Shown here piece by piece: positions 21,246 through 30,826 of a DNA stretch of 64,000 bases. Where the stretch lies: NCBI GenBank assembly GCA_028824575.1, contig JAPPDN010000059.1, forward strand, positions 43,514 through 107,513, written 5' to 3'. The notes below the pieces were generated by a model. It was given only the letters and a program-made list of their open reading frames with translations, was not told the DNA's origin and ran no database searches. Position 1 is the first letter of the stretch; the number at the start of each line of letters is the position of its first letter. The position numbers and the translations under genes were made by a program. The stretch comes from Candidatus Poribacteria bacterium. GTDB lineage: Bacteria; Poribacteria; WGA-4E; WGA-3G.

Positions 21246-21557
21246 TCCACTGTTAGTACAGTAGGGCGCGGACAAACGATTCCATTTGTCAAGGATGATT
21301 GGATGTCCCAGCCCCAATCTTTTTATCCTCCTACCACGTAAATTCAATCATGTGAAAGTAGCCACTTGGTTATAAAGACTGCAGTTTTGAGTGGATTTCG
21401 TGCATAAAATGAAAAAACATGAAAAAATTAGGAAATCTAAGGTCTGCCTGTCCCTGATAAGGGACATTAGGGCGTATCCTGCTTCAGACAACAGCACCCC
21501 CTGCTAATAAAAAATCCGCGTAATCCGCGACAATCCGCGACAATCCGCGATTCGGAA

Positions 21558-21935
21558 CTACGGCGGTGGATTACACCGACCACACGGTCCATACCGCTGT
21601 TTCGCCTCCGTCAACGAGATCGGAATCTTACTTCGCCGCAAAGAGATACACCCTTCGCGATGATACTTCTTTCCTGTCCGAGTGACGAAGACCTGTTCTT
21701 CCGACGTTTCACCTATTGCTGCTGAGTCAACCGATGGTACTACCTCGCTCATACTCGGTTGGAGAGCTCCGTACAGCTCTTTCCCTGAAGTGCGCGCCCG
21801 ATTCCCATAATACCGGAATAACTCCATGTGTTTAAACGGGAACTGCGTGTAGGCGTGACCATACCCCTGCCGCACAATCTCCAAATTCACAAAAAGCCCA
21901 TCTGGAGCACGATAAAGATACGCCAAGAGGCACAC
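21558..21935 (-). pseudogene. truncated staphylococcal-nuclease (SNase/thermonuclease)-like fragment with C-terminal Cys cluster
   Basis: YLYRAPDGLFVNLEIVRQGYGHAYTQFPF resembles the SNase C-terminal half; the N-terminal part of the fold is missing. Ends with KYHREGC...PCGRC. Confidence 0.35.
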
Positions 21936-22170
21936 AAAACCATTCCTATTCCAATGATTTTTGCATCAAATACCCGACTTCAAGCGAAGACAAATAGATC
22001 ATTTCAATATCATTCTACCCGGTTAATACGCCTCGCCTCCGATTTTACTTTTTGCACAAAAAAACGAATCGCTTCTTTCTCTGCGGCTTTACGGGAGTAG
22101 AATCTTCTACCCTTTTGGTAAACAAAAACCGATCCAAAATTACTTTTCCATTCCGTCTGGTTGATTGCAT

Positions 22171-23121
22171 TTATCCCTTTAGAATTTTAAGTGCTGCCCT
22201 TTTCAGAAATCTGGCTGGAAACTTTACCCTATTCGCCAGTTGTGCTTCATCGTACCCTCTCCGGAGCGATTCAATTTGCAGTTTCGCTAAATCGCTAAAC
22301 TCCAGTTCGGCTTTGAACGGTTCAGGTCTCAACGATGGTAGTTTATGGACTTGCTCAACGAGTCTGTTCGCTCGACCGTATCGCTCGAACCTACGCTGGA
22401 AGTCTTGAAGGTCTTCATCAAATTCATGGGAAACGATAGCACGCGGGGCATATACCAACCTACCGAGCTGCCTAAGTCGAATCCCTAAATCTAAATCCTC
22501 GCCGCCCGCTTCTCCAAAAGCCGTTGAGAACCCACCTAATTGATGGAAGACTGGCGCGTATACTAACGCGTTGGCAGTGATAATCGCCTGCGGGATTTCT
22601 TCACCGCGGGGTCCTAACGCATCTTCAAACGGCGGATTGAGGATGCTCATCTCCGTCATGTACCGATTGATCCTTCCCGATCCTTTCCCCTTCACCGTCC
22701 CGCACACCGCGACGACTGAATCGCCGCTCGCTTCCTGCGCATTTCTGAAATGTGTGATGAGATTCCTGACATGCTCACATCCGCAGTCTGTAAAATAGAT
22801 CCAGTCGCACGCCGTTCCCGGATTTTCAGCCCCCCGATTCCGGGCATACGCGGGTCCCCTATTATTACGATAATTGATGACCTGTATTGGATACGCTTTT
22901 AACCAACTGGGGACGCTCGTATCGGCATTATCATTTGCAACCGTGATCGCTCCTGGACGCGGATTCAGTCTCCCTAAACTCTCCAATGTGATCTTTAGAC
23001 CTTCCCAGTCCTTATAGACCGGAACGACGACGCGAATCCTTCTGGGGTCAATTTTGGGCGACCTGACGGACACCTGACTCGATCGAGGCGGTAACGGTAA
23101 AGTGTGATGCGTTGCTCCCAT
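22171..23121 (-). CDS. family 2 glycosyltransferase
   Basis: VVVPVYKD...ANDNADTS...DCGCE...; GT-A fold signature. Confidence 0.65.
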   Translation of the reverse strand: MGATHHTLPLPPRSSQVSVRSPKIDPRRIRVVVPVYKDWEGLKITLESLGRLNPRPGAITVANDNADTSVPSWLKAYPIQVINYRNNRGPAYARNRGAENPGTACDWIYFTDCGCEHVRNLITHFRNAQEASGDSVVAVCGTVKGKGSGRINRYMTEMSILNPPFEDALGPRGEEIPQAIITANALVYAPVFHQLGGFSTAFGEAGGEDLDLGIRLRQLGRLVYAPRAIVSHEFDEDLQDFQRRFERYGRANRLVEQVHKLPSLRPEPFKAELEFSDLAKLQIESLRRGYDEAQLANRVKFPARFLKRAALKILKG

Positions 23122-23203
23122 ACGACAAACCTTTCCTGTAAAATTTTGAGGGTACTCTCATAAGATTGATGAGGGATAGCCCCCTCGTGCGCAGACACTG
23201 CCA

Positions 23204-23554
23204 TCAATGCCTCACTGGATCGGGCCCAAAACGATTGTGTCCCTTTGTGCCTTTAATAAAGCCTAACTCCACTACTGTCCAAATTTGGCCAATAATCGGG
23301 ATCAGGGTAAACAGGATCCATAATGCCGATTTGTTCCGGTCATGCCAGCGTTTTGCAGCGACTGCTAACTCTATCCACGCCAATACCACTAAGGTGATGA
23401 GATAGTGTGAAACTTTCAGAGAATCCGGATCAAAGAGTTCAGGATCAACAGCTTCGAGAATTACAACGATGATCGCTATGAGCACCTGGATCAGCCACCA
23501 GATGCCTCTCCCAACTCGACCCTTAAATGAAAAGCAAATTTGTGCGAAATTCAA
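23204..23554 (-). CDS. DUF805-family inner-membrane protein
   Basis: FKGRVGR..WW and the KRWHDRNKS motif; two TM segments. Confidence 0.6.
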   Translation of the reverse strand: MNFAQICFSFKGRVGRGIWWLIQVLIAIIVVILEAVDPELFDPDSLKVSHYLITLVVLAWIELAVAAKRWHDRNKSALWILFTLIPIIGQIWTVVELGFIKGTKGHNRFGPDPVRH

Positions 23555-23573
23555 TCAATTCCTCCTCTCAGGT

Positions 23574-24323
23574 TTACTTATTTAGAAGAATAACAATCAA
23601 GACTACAATGCCACTCGTGGCAATACTCCCAACGGCTACGGATATACTGATAAACCACTTTAATCGCGTTTCTGACCTATCCATTCTATCGTTGAGATCC
23701 TCTTTAACATCATCAATCTTTTTGTTGAGATCCTCTTGGACATCCTCAATCTTTTTATTCAGACGTGACTCAAGCTGCTCAAAATCGTTACCAACGAGGG
23801 ATTCTACTACACTTAAAATCTCTTGCGCCCGTTCTGATAAGTCAGAAAGCCTTGCCTCCTGCCACTTATCTGTTCCCTCACCCTCCATATTTTCTATATA
23901 ATCTCTAAGTTTTTGCTTTAACTCATTAGCAATGGGATAACCATCGATTTCCCGTAGGATATCCTCGTTAGTTTTGCCTTGCGCTTTTAGGTTCTCAAGC
24001 ACCCTTTTAAAGATCTCCCAAAAGCCAAATTTGGGGATCGCTGATGCGATGAGTACCAACCCTCCCAACAGTGTGATTCCACCGAGCATCCCCAGAGGTC
24101 CGCCAAGGCCCGCCAATCCAGTCGTTATTGCAGCTGCACCAGACCAACCTGAAACCGACATTGCCACAAGTAACACGATCCCTGGAACTCCCAATCCGGT
24201 AATTATTTCCACCGCCCTGTCTATCGGAATATTATACATTGACCGATCCTTCAAATCAAAATTCCCAATGAAATCTCTAATCAACCCCTTAATCTTATTA
24301 AAATTCATAATTAAATACCTCAC
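23574..24323 (-). CDS. membrane protein with Gly-rich TM hairpin and C-terminal coiled coil
   Basis: 249 aa; TM segments (GIVLLVAMSVSGW, LGGITLLGGLVLIASAI, ISISVAVGSIATSGIVVLIVILL) flank a charged coiled-coil region. Confidence 0.45.
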   Translation of the reverse strand: MRYLIMNFNKIKGLIRDFIGNFDLKDRSMYNIPIDRAVEIITGLGVPGIVLLVAMSVSGWSGAAAITTGLAGLGGPLGMLGGITLLGGLVLIASAIPKFGFWEIFKRVLENLKAQGKTNEDILREIDGYPIANELKQKLRDYIENMEGEGTDKWQEARLSDLSERAQEILSVVESLVGNDFEQLESRLNKKIEDVQEDLNKKIDDVKEDLNDRMDRSETRLKWFISISVAVGSIATSGIVVLIVILLNK

Positions 24324-24346
24324 CCTTCATTCCTACGCAGTGGGAC

Positions 24347-25360
24347 CTACTGCTGCATCACTTGCTCTCGGTGCCATGCCAATGCTTCCTGAGCAGGACA
24401 GTGTCGTTCAACGGGAGGTGTCCATATACGTTTATCACATAACTCACTTAACATCCTCTCCGTCGGTTCATGTTCGTGTGAAATTGGTGGAACAATGACA
24501 TGGTATGTTTCGTTCAAAGAAAATAATCTTGCATCAAAAGCCCAGTGGTGTGATTTACAAAGGGAAATACCGTTTCGAACATCATCATTATAGGAGACAG
24601 AAAACGGGATGATATGAGCAGCATCAGTGATACTCGCACCACTCTCCGTGCGGATGTCTAACTCACAGACGGCACACGTGTAATCATAAATTTCCATGAT
24701 CGCCCGACGGAAACCCGCACTCCGCACCGGTGTCTCTGTTTGCACAGACGCTACGTCTCTCTGCATTAAAAAGGGGTGTTCAACGGCTTGTATCAATTGT
24801 TCACTGTAGCTTTCAATGTCCTCCGCGATGCATTCCAAGCCGAGGGTTCGGTGTTTCTCAATGACCTGTTCAATCTCATACCTGATATTTGAAAAATAGG
24901 TGCTAATCAGCGTCTGACAGAGTATCTCCCGATACTCGGGCATCACGAGTAAAACAAAAAGACGCTCGTCCAACTTGGCAACAGCATCGATGTTGCGAAG
25001 ATACGCCCCGGTGGGGGTTAACCCAGCAGGTCTTGATTGTAGTTCGGCAGGATCCAAATGCCAGAACCCATTGGTTTTCAGATGAAAGAATGAATTGTGG
25101 AGACTTGGTTTCCAGTCCGTTGTGTTTCCTCTATTGAAAGCCGCAATCAGATCTGTAAAGAAAGGCATCTTCTCTTCGATTTCTCTGAAAGGGACACGAT
25201 TTTCGGAGAGTTCGCCGCTCTCAAGCATCTCCATGATGATTAAAAAGAGAAACGGTTTATGAGGAGTTCGCCTTCTGTCCTGTAAGCCTTGCAGCCTTTG
25301 GATATAGTCTTGTAGCGTGTGGATCATCGTTTCTTCTTGAAACTCTCTTTGGATATACAC
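24347..25360 (-). CDS. HNH endonuclease with N-terminal uncharacterised domain
   Basis: C-terminal CAVCEL...DAAHIIPFS...NGISLCKSHHWAFD (HNH/McrA-like Cys/His pattern). Confidence 0.6.
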   Translation of the reverse strand: MYIQREFQEETMIHTLQDYIQRLQGLQDRRRTPHKPFLFLIIMEMLESGELSENRVPFREIEEKMPFFTDLIAAFNRGNTTDWKPSLHNSFFHLKTNGFWHLDPAELQSRPAGLTPTGAYLRNIDAVAKLDERLFVLLVMPEYREILCQTLISTYFSNIRYEIEQVIEKHRTLGLECIAEDIESYSEQLIQAVEHPFLMQRDVASVQTETPVRSAGFRRAIMEIYDYTCAVCELDIRTESGASITDAAHIIPFSVSYNDDVRNGISLCKSHHWAFDARLFSLNETYHVIVPPISHEHEPTERMLSELCDKRIWTPPVERHCPAQEALAWHREQVMQQ

Positions 25361-25383
25361 AATTTTTGTGTCATGCAGTCAAC

Positions 25384-25938
25384 TTAATCCAACTTATCAA
25401 CGCGATCCCGGAACACGAAATCTAACGTTTCCAATGTTTTGCGTAAGAAGTAAAACTGCTCGTTTCGGTCACTAACATCCATCAGATCCGTTCCATACCG
25501 GCTGATTCCAACCCCGTTCTCCCTCCAATCTAATTCTTCGTTAAAATAAGCTTGTATGTCCTCTTTTTGTTTTTCTAATATGTCAATATGTTTCCGCGAT
25601 AGGACGCGAAGTCCGGCAGCAATCATACCAGATCCTACCAGTGCATACAGCCAGATACCTGATTGGTTAGGCTTTCTAATCAGATAGCCAATATAAATTA
25701 TTTCTTTTATAACATTCTGCTGGAAAAACTGAAGATGGCTCTTCTCCATAAACGCCTTAAAGTCTTCAGCATACTGCTCGCGCAAATCGACATTAGATTT
25801 CTCTGTGGTCGCTTCTTTATTCCTTCCAAACAAACTCACAAATTCTCCTTTCGTAACAGCAGGTTGTTTGAACCTACCTTTTTGTAAACTGGCGGTTCCT
25901 ATCGCCATAATAGATTTTTCCACTTCAGTTTGTCTCAC
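25384..25938 (-). CDS. hypothetical protein with one TM segment
   Basis: 184 aa ORF directly upstream of the HNH gene. Confidence 0.4.
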   Translation of the reverse strand: MRQTEVEKSIMAIGTASLQKGRFKQPAVTKGEFVSLFGRNKEATTEKSNVDLREQYAEDFKAFMEKSHLQFFQQNVIKEIIYIGYLIRKPNQSGIWLYALVGSGMIAAGLRVLSRKHIDILEKQKEDIQAYFNEELDWRENGVGISRYGTDLMDVSDRNEQFYFLRKTLETLDFVFRDRVDKLD

Positions 25939-26007
25939 ATTGTGTCAATCTGTTTCAGATTCAAACAACTCTATAATCCACCCTTTCACCTGAAAACTTG
26001 ACACTTT

Positions 26008-26274
26008 TTACTCTTGCTGAGTGGCTCTCCAAATCATTTTTCGTCCCTTTTCATCAACGCGTTCAACGCGTCCGTCACGACGCAGGGCATCAAGAATACC
26101 ACGAATCAGTGTATAGCTGTCAGGGTCTTTAAACGAAGGCTCAATGCCTAAAAGTTCACTAATTTCGCTGTTAGTCAGTTCACCAGTCCCTATATCTGCC
26201 GCCTCTATCAATACCCTGTAGGCAGCTTCTTTGACACAAAACAGCCCTGCGTCAGACAATAGTTTGTTGCTCAA
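26008..26274 (-). CDS. small HTH-like protein
   Basis: 88 aa; LTNSEISELLGI helix-turn-helix-like. Confidence 0.3.
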   Translation of the reverse strand: MSNKLLSDAGLFCVKEAAYRVLIEAADIGTGELTNSEISELLGIEPSFKDPDSYTLIRGILDALRRDGRVERVDEKGRKMIWRATQQE

Positions 26275-26347
26275 CGGTAAATTCTCCTTTAAAAATGTCT
26301 GGCATTAACTTCATCGACCAGATTTCACTCACGACCATGCTACATCC

Positions 26348-27480
26348 TTACTGCGATTCAGCACCATCGGCATCAAGATTAATTTTAAATTCTGCCCAGA
26401 CCGGTATATGGTTACTGATGCGTCTAGGTTTTATGTCGGTGCCTTCAAGCAGATCATGAAAAAAGAATACATCGGAATTCCCGCTGTATTCTTCGAGATA
26501 ATACGGCTGGAGCAAGATGTTGTCGTAAAGCGCAGTCTTCGAGATATTCGTTGTTTTAGGGGGTAAAATCAATGGCTCAACCTCATAGGTAGAAGATATC
26601 TGGATATCCTCAAACGCATCATCATTCGGCTGCAAGTTGAAGTCTCCCACAAGGAGAACATCGTTCTCGAAGTCATCCGTTCCCTGGACCGTATTGTATA
26701 CTATTGCCAAATCCTCAAGTTCTCGTCGTCTCCTCTTATAACTCTCCTTACGTTCTTTTTCAGTCCTTTGTGGTCCAAATAAAAGATGGACAGCAATAAC
26801 GGTAAAATCAAAATTTCCAGCGCGGAACGTAGCCCAACAAGGATCCCGAGTAAATTTGCCTTTTTTACCTTTTGCATCTGGATAAAGCTGCAGACCTTTG
26901 ACGACTTTAAATCTCTGTTTTTTGAACAAAAAAGCATACCTTTCCTTTGTTGGAAACCCCCACCCCGCTATTGGACTAACTCTATGATCATAATCCTTCT
27001 CAAGAATTTTAAGGATTTCTTCAAAATCCGATGACTCGGATTCATCTTTTCGTCCTTCAAATATCCCCTCTTTCGACAGTTTAATATTGTCGTCCATAAA
27101 TTCTGTGATGACGATAAAATCATACTTAGAGATAATCTTTGCAATAATTTTTAACTCCTCAGGAGTTCGGTCCTCTTTTTTTTCTTTCCCTCCTCATTCT
27201 CTGGGTACTTGTACCCAAACGATTCTATGTTCCAAGTCGCAATCTTTATTGTTTCCTCTGCCGGAACGGTAGAAACGTCCTGTCCGTCCGCCCGAATTTC
27301 AAGATCCGACAAGGTAAGTGGAAGCACGAGCACGAATAAACAAAATACCGCTTTGAAATTCAACTTTTCCATCATGATATTGCTCCTTATCCTTGTTAGA
27401 ATTGGAATACAGCAAGCAGATTTCACTAAAGCCCTCTCCCCTCGCCAGAACTGCAGCGTATGGACATCACAAACGCCCAA
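26348..27480 (-). pseudogene. secreted EEP-family (DNase I-like endonuclease/exonuclease/phosphatase) gene split by a frameshift in an A8/T8 homopolymer
   Basis: The upstream part has a signal peptide and IKIATWNIESFG (EEP motif I). The downstream part has GDFN and SNHIPVWAEF motifs. One extra A in the run at 27176-27183 would fuse them in frame. Confidence 0.6.
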
Positions 27481-27602
27481 TTTAATGATTTGCGCGTGAC
27501 AACCTTGTTATAAAGGTAGGTTTGGTTCAGGGATTTGGCAGTTTTCTGAAAATTCGCGTAATCCGTAAAATCCGCGAGAATCCGCGATTCAGAATTTCCC
27601 TG

Positions 27603-28175
27603 TTATGAAGTCAACTGCGCCCACGGATAAAGGTGCGTCCAATCTTTGCTGAAAATAACCCGAACCGGTTGATACTTCTCCGCAGACAACCGCAAGAAAA
27701 CGGCATATACCAACGCCCGATGATTCCCGTCTTCAAGGTAAAACCTGATTTTCGGAGAATGCGCAGGTTTCTCATAAGCCGCCAGCGGTCGAATCAACAA
27801 TTCTCCCATCAAGCGCGGATCAAACCGCGCACTGATAATGAAGCACCCCTCGAACCACGGCTCGTCCTCGGAGAGCTGCTTAAAGACTTGGATGGGACTC
27901 TCATACGGATATACCTTCAGAATCCTGTCTACGACTTCCTTCAGCGTGCGCGACTTGCCTTCAGGCGTTAAGATGTCTACCAGTTTCTGATTGTTTGCCC
28001 ACACGTTGTCATTCGCTTCCATGAAAACGAGGTCGTCAAAGTCTGTCTCACGCAGCGTGAAGGTTTTGTATTCTGCACGCTCTATCTGCTGTCGGGTTGC
28101 TTCGTATTCAGATGGAGATGCCGATAACCGATTGGCATCCGCTAACAGAAGTTCTTTCACGTTTGCAATCTCCAA
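27603..28175 (-). CDS. hypothetical protein with DGNHR motif (possible ParB/Srx- or DGQHR-like fold)
   Basis: 190 aa; YLEDGNHRALVYA near the C-terminus. Confidence 0.35.
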   Translation of the reverse strand: MEIANVKELLLADANRLSASPSEYEATRQQIERAEYKTFTLRETDFDDLVFMEANDNVWANNQKLVDILTPEGKSRTLKEVVDRILKVYPYESPIQVFKQLSEDEPWFEGCFIISARFDPRLMGELLIRPLAAYEKPAHSPKIRFYLEDGNHRALVYAVFLRLSAEKYQPVRVIFSKDWTHLYPWAQLTS

Positions 28176-28528
28176 GGCTTCCGACCCTTGCCAGCCGCGA
28201 TATCGGCATGCGCCTGACGCACCTGCTCAACCATGTCTGGAACGTCTTCCGGGTCAAGCCCCACAATCTTACCAAAGTTCTGCGGCATGTTGGGACCGTG
28301 CTCCTTTACCCACGCCTCAAATTCCTCAGCCGAACGGTTCTCAAACATCAGGTTGAACACGCGCTCCTTATACTCAGGGGTTGACTGAATTTCCTCGAAC
28401 TGCTTTTCGGTCAGATTGCATCTTTCGAGCAATCTTCTCTTTTTGGCACGATACCACCATGAAAACTCAGCAATAGCCTTGATGTGATGCACAGCGAATG
28501 TTGTGCCGGCTTCAACTTTATCGGACAT
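28157..28528 (-). CDS. hypothetical protein
   Basis: 123 aa ORF overlapping the downstream gene start; structured element copy 2 lies upstream. Confidence 0.35.
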   Translation of the reverse strand: MSDKVEAGTTFAVHHIKAIAEFSWWYRAKKRRLLERCNLTEKQFEEIQSTPEYKERVFNLMFENRSAEEFEAWVKEHGPNMPQNFGKIVGLDPEDVPDMVEQVRQAHADIAAGKGRKPWRLQT

Positions 28529-28660
28529 TCTAATCTCCTCACCAAATTTTGATGCACATCGTTATCCCTTCACGATGCAAAATAGCAATCCACTCTGTGC
28601 TTTCGGGACACCTCACAAGCAGAAAGCGATACCCAAACATACAATAAAACTCATGTTCAA

Positions 28661-28824
28661 CAAGGTTTCCCTTGGCAACCCGGCATACAATCTGTTTCAC
28701 GAGATTGGATAGGACTCGACACAAGGGTGTGCCGAGGTGAAACTCCTATCCGCCAAGTTATATAGAGTATATCACGAGAAACAAACGAATTACAAATTAT
28801 CTCGTTCTCTATACCTTTGCTTCC
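28661..28824. ncRNA. candidate structured RNA / palindromic element, copy 2
   Basis: See copy 1; same orientation and same position relative to a downstream minus-strand gene. Confidence 0.4.
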
Positions 28825-29329
28825 TTGTAATGCCGCCCAAAACTGTCGAAAATTCAGTGCCAACAGAGGACCTTGATTTAAAGACTGCAGTTTTGAGAGG
28901 ATTTCGTGCAAAATGTGAAAAAAACAGGAAATTTAAGGGGAAATTGGGAAATTTAAGGAGAAACTCGTGAAAATAAAGGTTGGTTCGGTTCAGGGATTTG
29001 GCAGTTTTCTGAAAATCCGCGAACCACCCTACTCCCGAATAACAGGAACCTCGTCGTCATCCCCATGGCCATACACGACCTCTGACTCCGGTTTCCGCTC
29101 ATACTCCCAGACCTCACTGACAAATTCCCATGCCGGCGGAACAAGCCATCCATGCCGCCGTTCTACCGCCACCGCGGGGTCATCGGAAGGCACTGGGAGA
29201 TCGGGATCCTCAAAGACGAACTCAATCTTCTTGAGACACCACTGCTCTAACTCGGCATCCCATTCTTCATAGATCCGTTTGAGGACCTCCCGGAATAAAT
29301 CGTTTTCGTCGCGATACAGCGACCGGATT

Positions 29330-29728
29330 TCACTTACTACCATTTTCTTGAGGCAACACAAATAGATAATACGCAACAGAACTCGCAACACTTGCTACCG
29401 CACACCCGATAACCGAGGCTTGAATCCGTAACCGTCTGGCGTTCTGCTGGTAGACTTGGGTATACGCATCAACATACGCCGGCGATTTTCCAAGTAACGC
29501 ACCGACTGGCAATTCTGGCAGTGCTAAGTAGGCATAGATAGGTGCGAAAAAACTACATACGATTCCCGCAGAGCCCCAAGCCAAGGGCGAGACGTTTTGT
29601 TCTGCGTCTCTCCGGGCATCTGCGGCGGCTTGTTCGACTTCCGAAGTTTGTTGCGCAACGCCCATTTGCGGCATAACCAGCACAAACACACTCAGAAATA
29701 TAATATAGAAAACTGTGTGGGTTTTCAT
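29330..29728 (-). CDS. exported/membrane protein
   Basis: Signal peptide MKTHTVFYIIFLSVFVLVMPQMGVAQQ and a second hydrophobic segment. Confidence 0.4.
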   Translation of the reverse strand: MKTHTVFYIIFLSVFVLVMPQMGVAQQTSEVEQAAADARRDAEQNVSPLAWGSAGIVCSFFAPIYAYLALPELPVGALLGKSPAYVDAYTQVYQQNARRLRIQASVIGCAVASVASSVAYYLFVLPQENGSK

Positions 29729-29757
29729 TTTTTTTATCTCTCCATTTATTTTTGATG

Positions 29758-30591
29758 TTATTGGGTCTTGAGTTTGCCCCAGGTTGTCGTGAGTCTGTCC
29801 TGTGGGCTTACGGACATTATTTCGAGGAAGTCGGCGAGACCGTCGTTGTAGAGACCTTTGACATCGTAAGGGCTGAACCCAGTTTGAAAGTATCCGAGGT
29901 CGTCAATGAGCACTTTACCATTCAAATCATCTTCGCTGAGATCGCTCACATATAAAACAGCGCGCTCCCCCTCAATTTTGGGGTCCGGTTCACCGAATAC
30001 TTCTGCCACGGGTTCACCATCGAGGTAAAGCGTGTAGATGGTAATCACTTTCGAGAAGACAATATGGTGCCATTCCCCATCAAAGATGTTTTGGTCCTCG
30101 GTCTCGACACCCGTGAAGAGGTCGTCTATAGCATGTCGATAGACAGCCCTGAAATTGCCAGATGACATAATAATAACGCTGATTCCGCTCATTGTTTCGT
30201 TGTCTGCATCGCGTCCAGACAGGGCAAAATAGAGTTCGTTTGCAGGTTCGGTGAACTTTATCCAAACTGTAAAGGAGAATTCTGAGTGTGTTAGGGCTGG
30301 AACGTCTGAAACAATAGCAGCCAACCAGCCTTGCTTTTCTAATTCGAGACAGTTGCCATATTTCCCGTTTTCTACTATTGTTGCTTCGTCAAAAAGAACA
30401 CCGTGAGATGCCCAAAAACCTTCGTCTATGGTGAATGTAAAGCCATCCCCTTCTTCAGCAGATTCAAAGTGATAGAGCACGATTTTAGTAGGGTGCGGTA
30501 TACCAGGTATACCCGCGAAATCCAATCCAGCGTTTGATATACTGGCAAGGATAAGGATTAGGAATAGGACTATGGGTAGAACTCTAAACAT
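29758..30591 (-). CDS. secreted concanavalin-A-like lectin/LamG domain protein
   Basis: Signal peptide MFRVLPIVLFLILILASISNA; central LamG-like region (GEWHHIVFS...LYLDGEPV). The C-terminal tail is LTTTWGKLKTQ. Confidence 0.5.
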   Translation of the reverse strand: MFRVLPIVLFLILILASISNAGLDFAGIPGIPHPTKIVLYHFESAEEGDGFTFTIDEGFWASHGVLFDEATIVENGKYGNCLELEKQGWLAAIVSDVPALTHSEFSFTVWIKFTEPANELYFALSGRDADNETMSGISVIIMSSGNFRAVYRHAIDDLFTGVETEDQNIFDGEWHHIVFSKVITIYTLYLDGEPVAEVFGEPDPKIEGERAVLYVSDLSEDDLNGKVLIDDLGYFQTGFSPYDVKGLYNDGLADFLEIMSVSPQDRLTTTWGKLKTQ

Positions 30592-30826
30592 CGTATTTTC
30601 TCCATGAGCGTGTTTGGTTAGATTTGTGGTGACCAAGTCCCACTCGCTTAAAGTTCGCATTTTCTCGGAAATGCCAAGGACGCTTCCGCCCTAACCGGCG
30701 ACCTCTCCCATCACTTCTTCGGGCAGGGGACTCCATGCTTTAGCGTGGAGGGGAATGCCCTGGTGTTGTTATTGAAAATGCGTGGTCTGAATCTGGCTCC
30801 ATGCTTTAGCGTGGAGGGGAATGCCC

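Noticed and set aside
30729-30826. Two 30-bp direct repeats separated by a 34-bp spacer (CRISPR-like spacing) next to TnpB copy 3
   Set aside because: Only two repeat units are present and no cas genes. A related hairpin also sits on the other side of the IS, so these are better explained as REP-like hairpins / an IS200-605 target context than as a CRISPR array.
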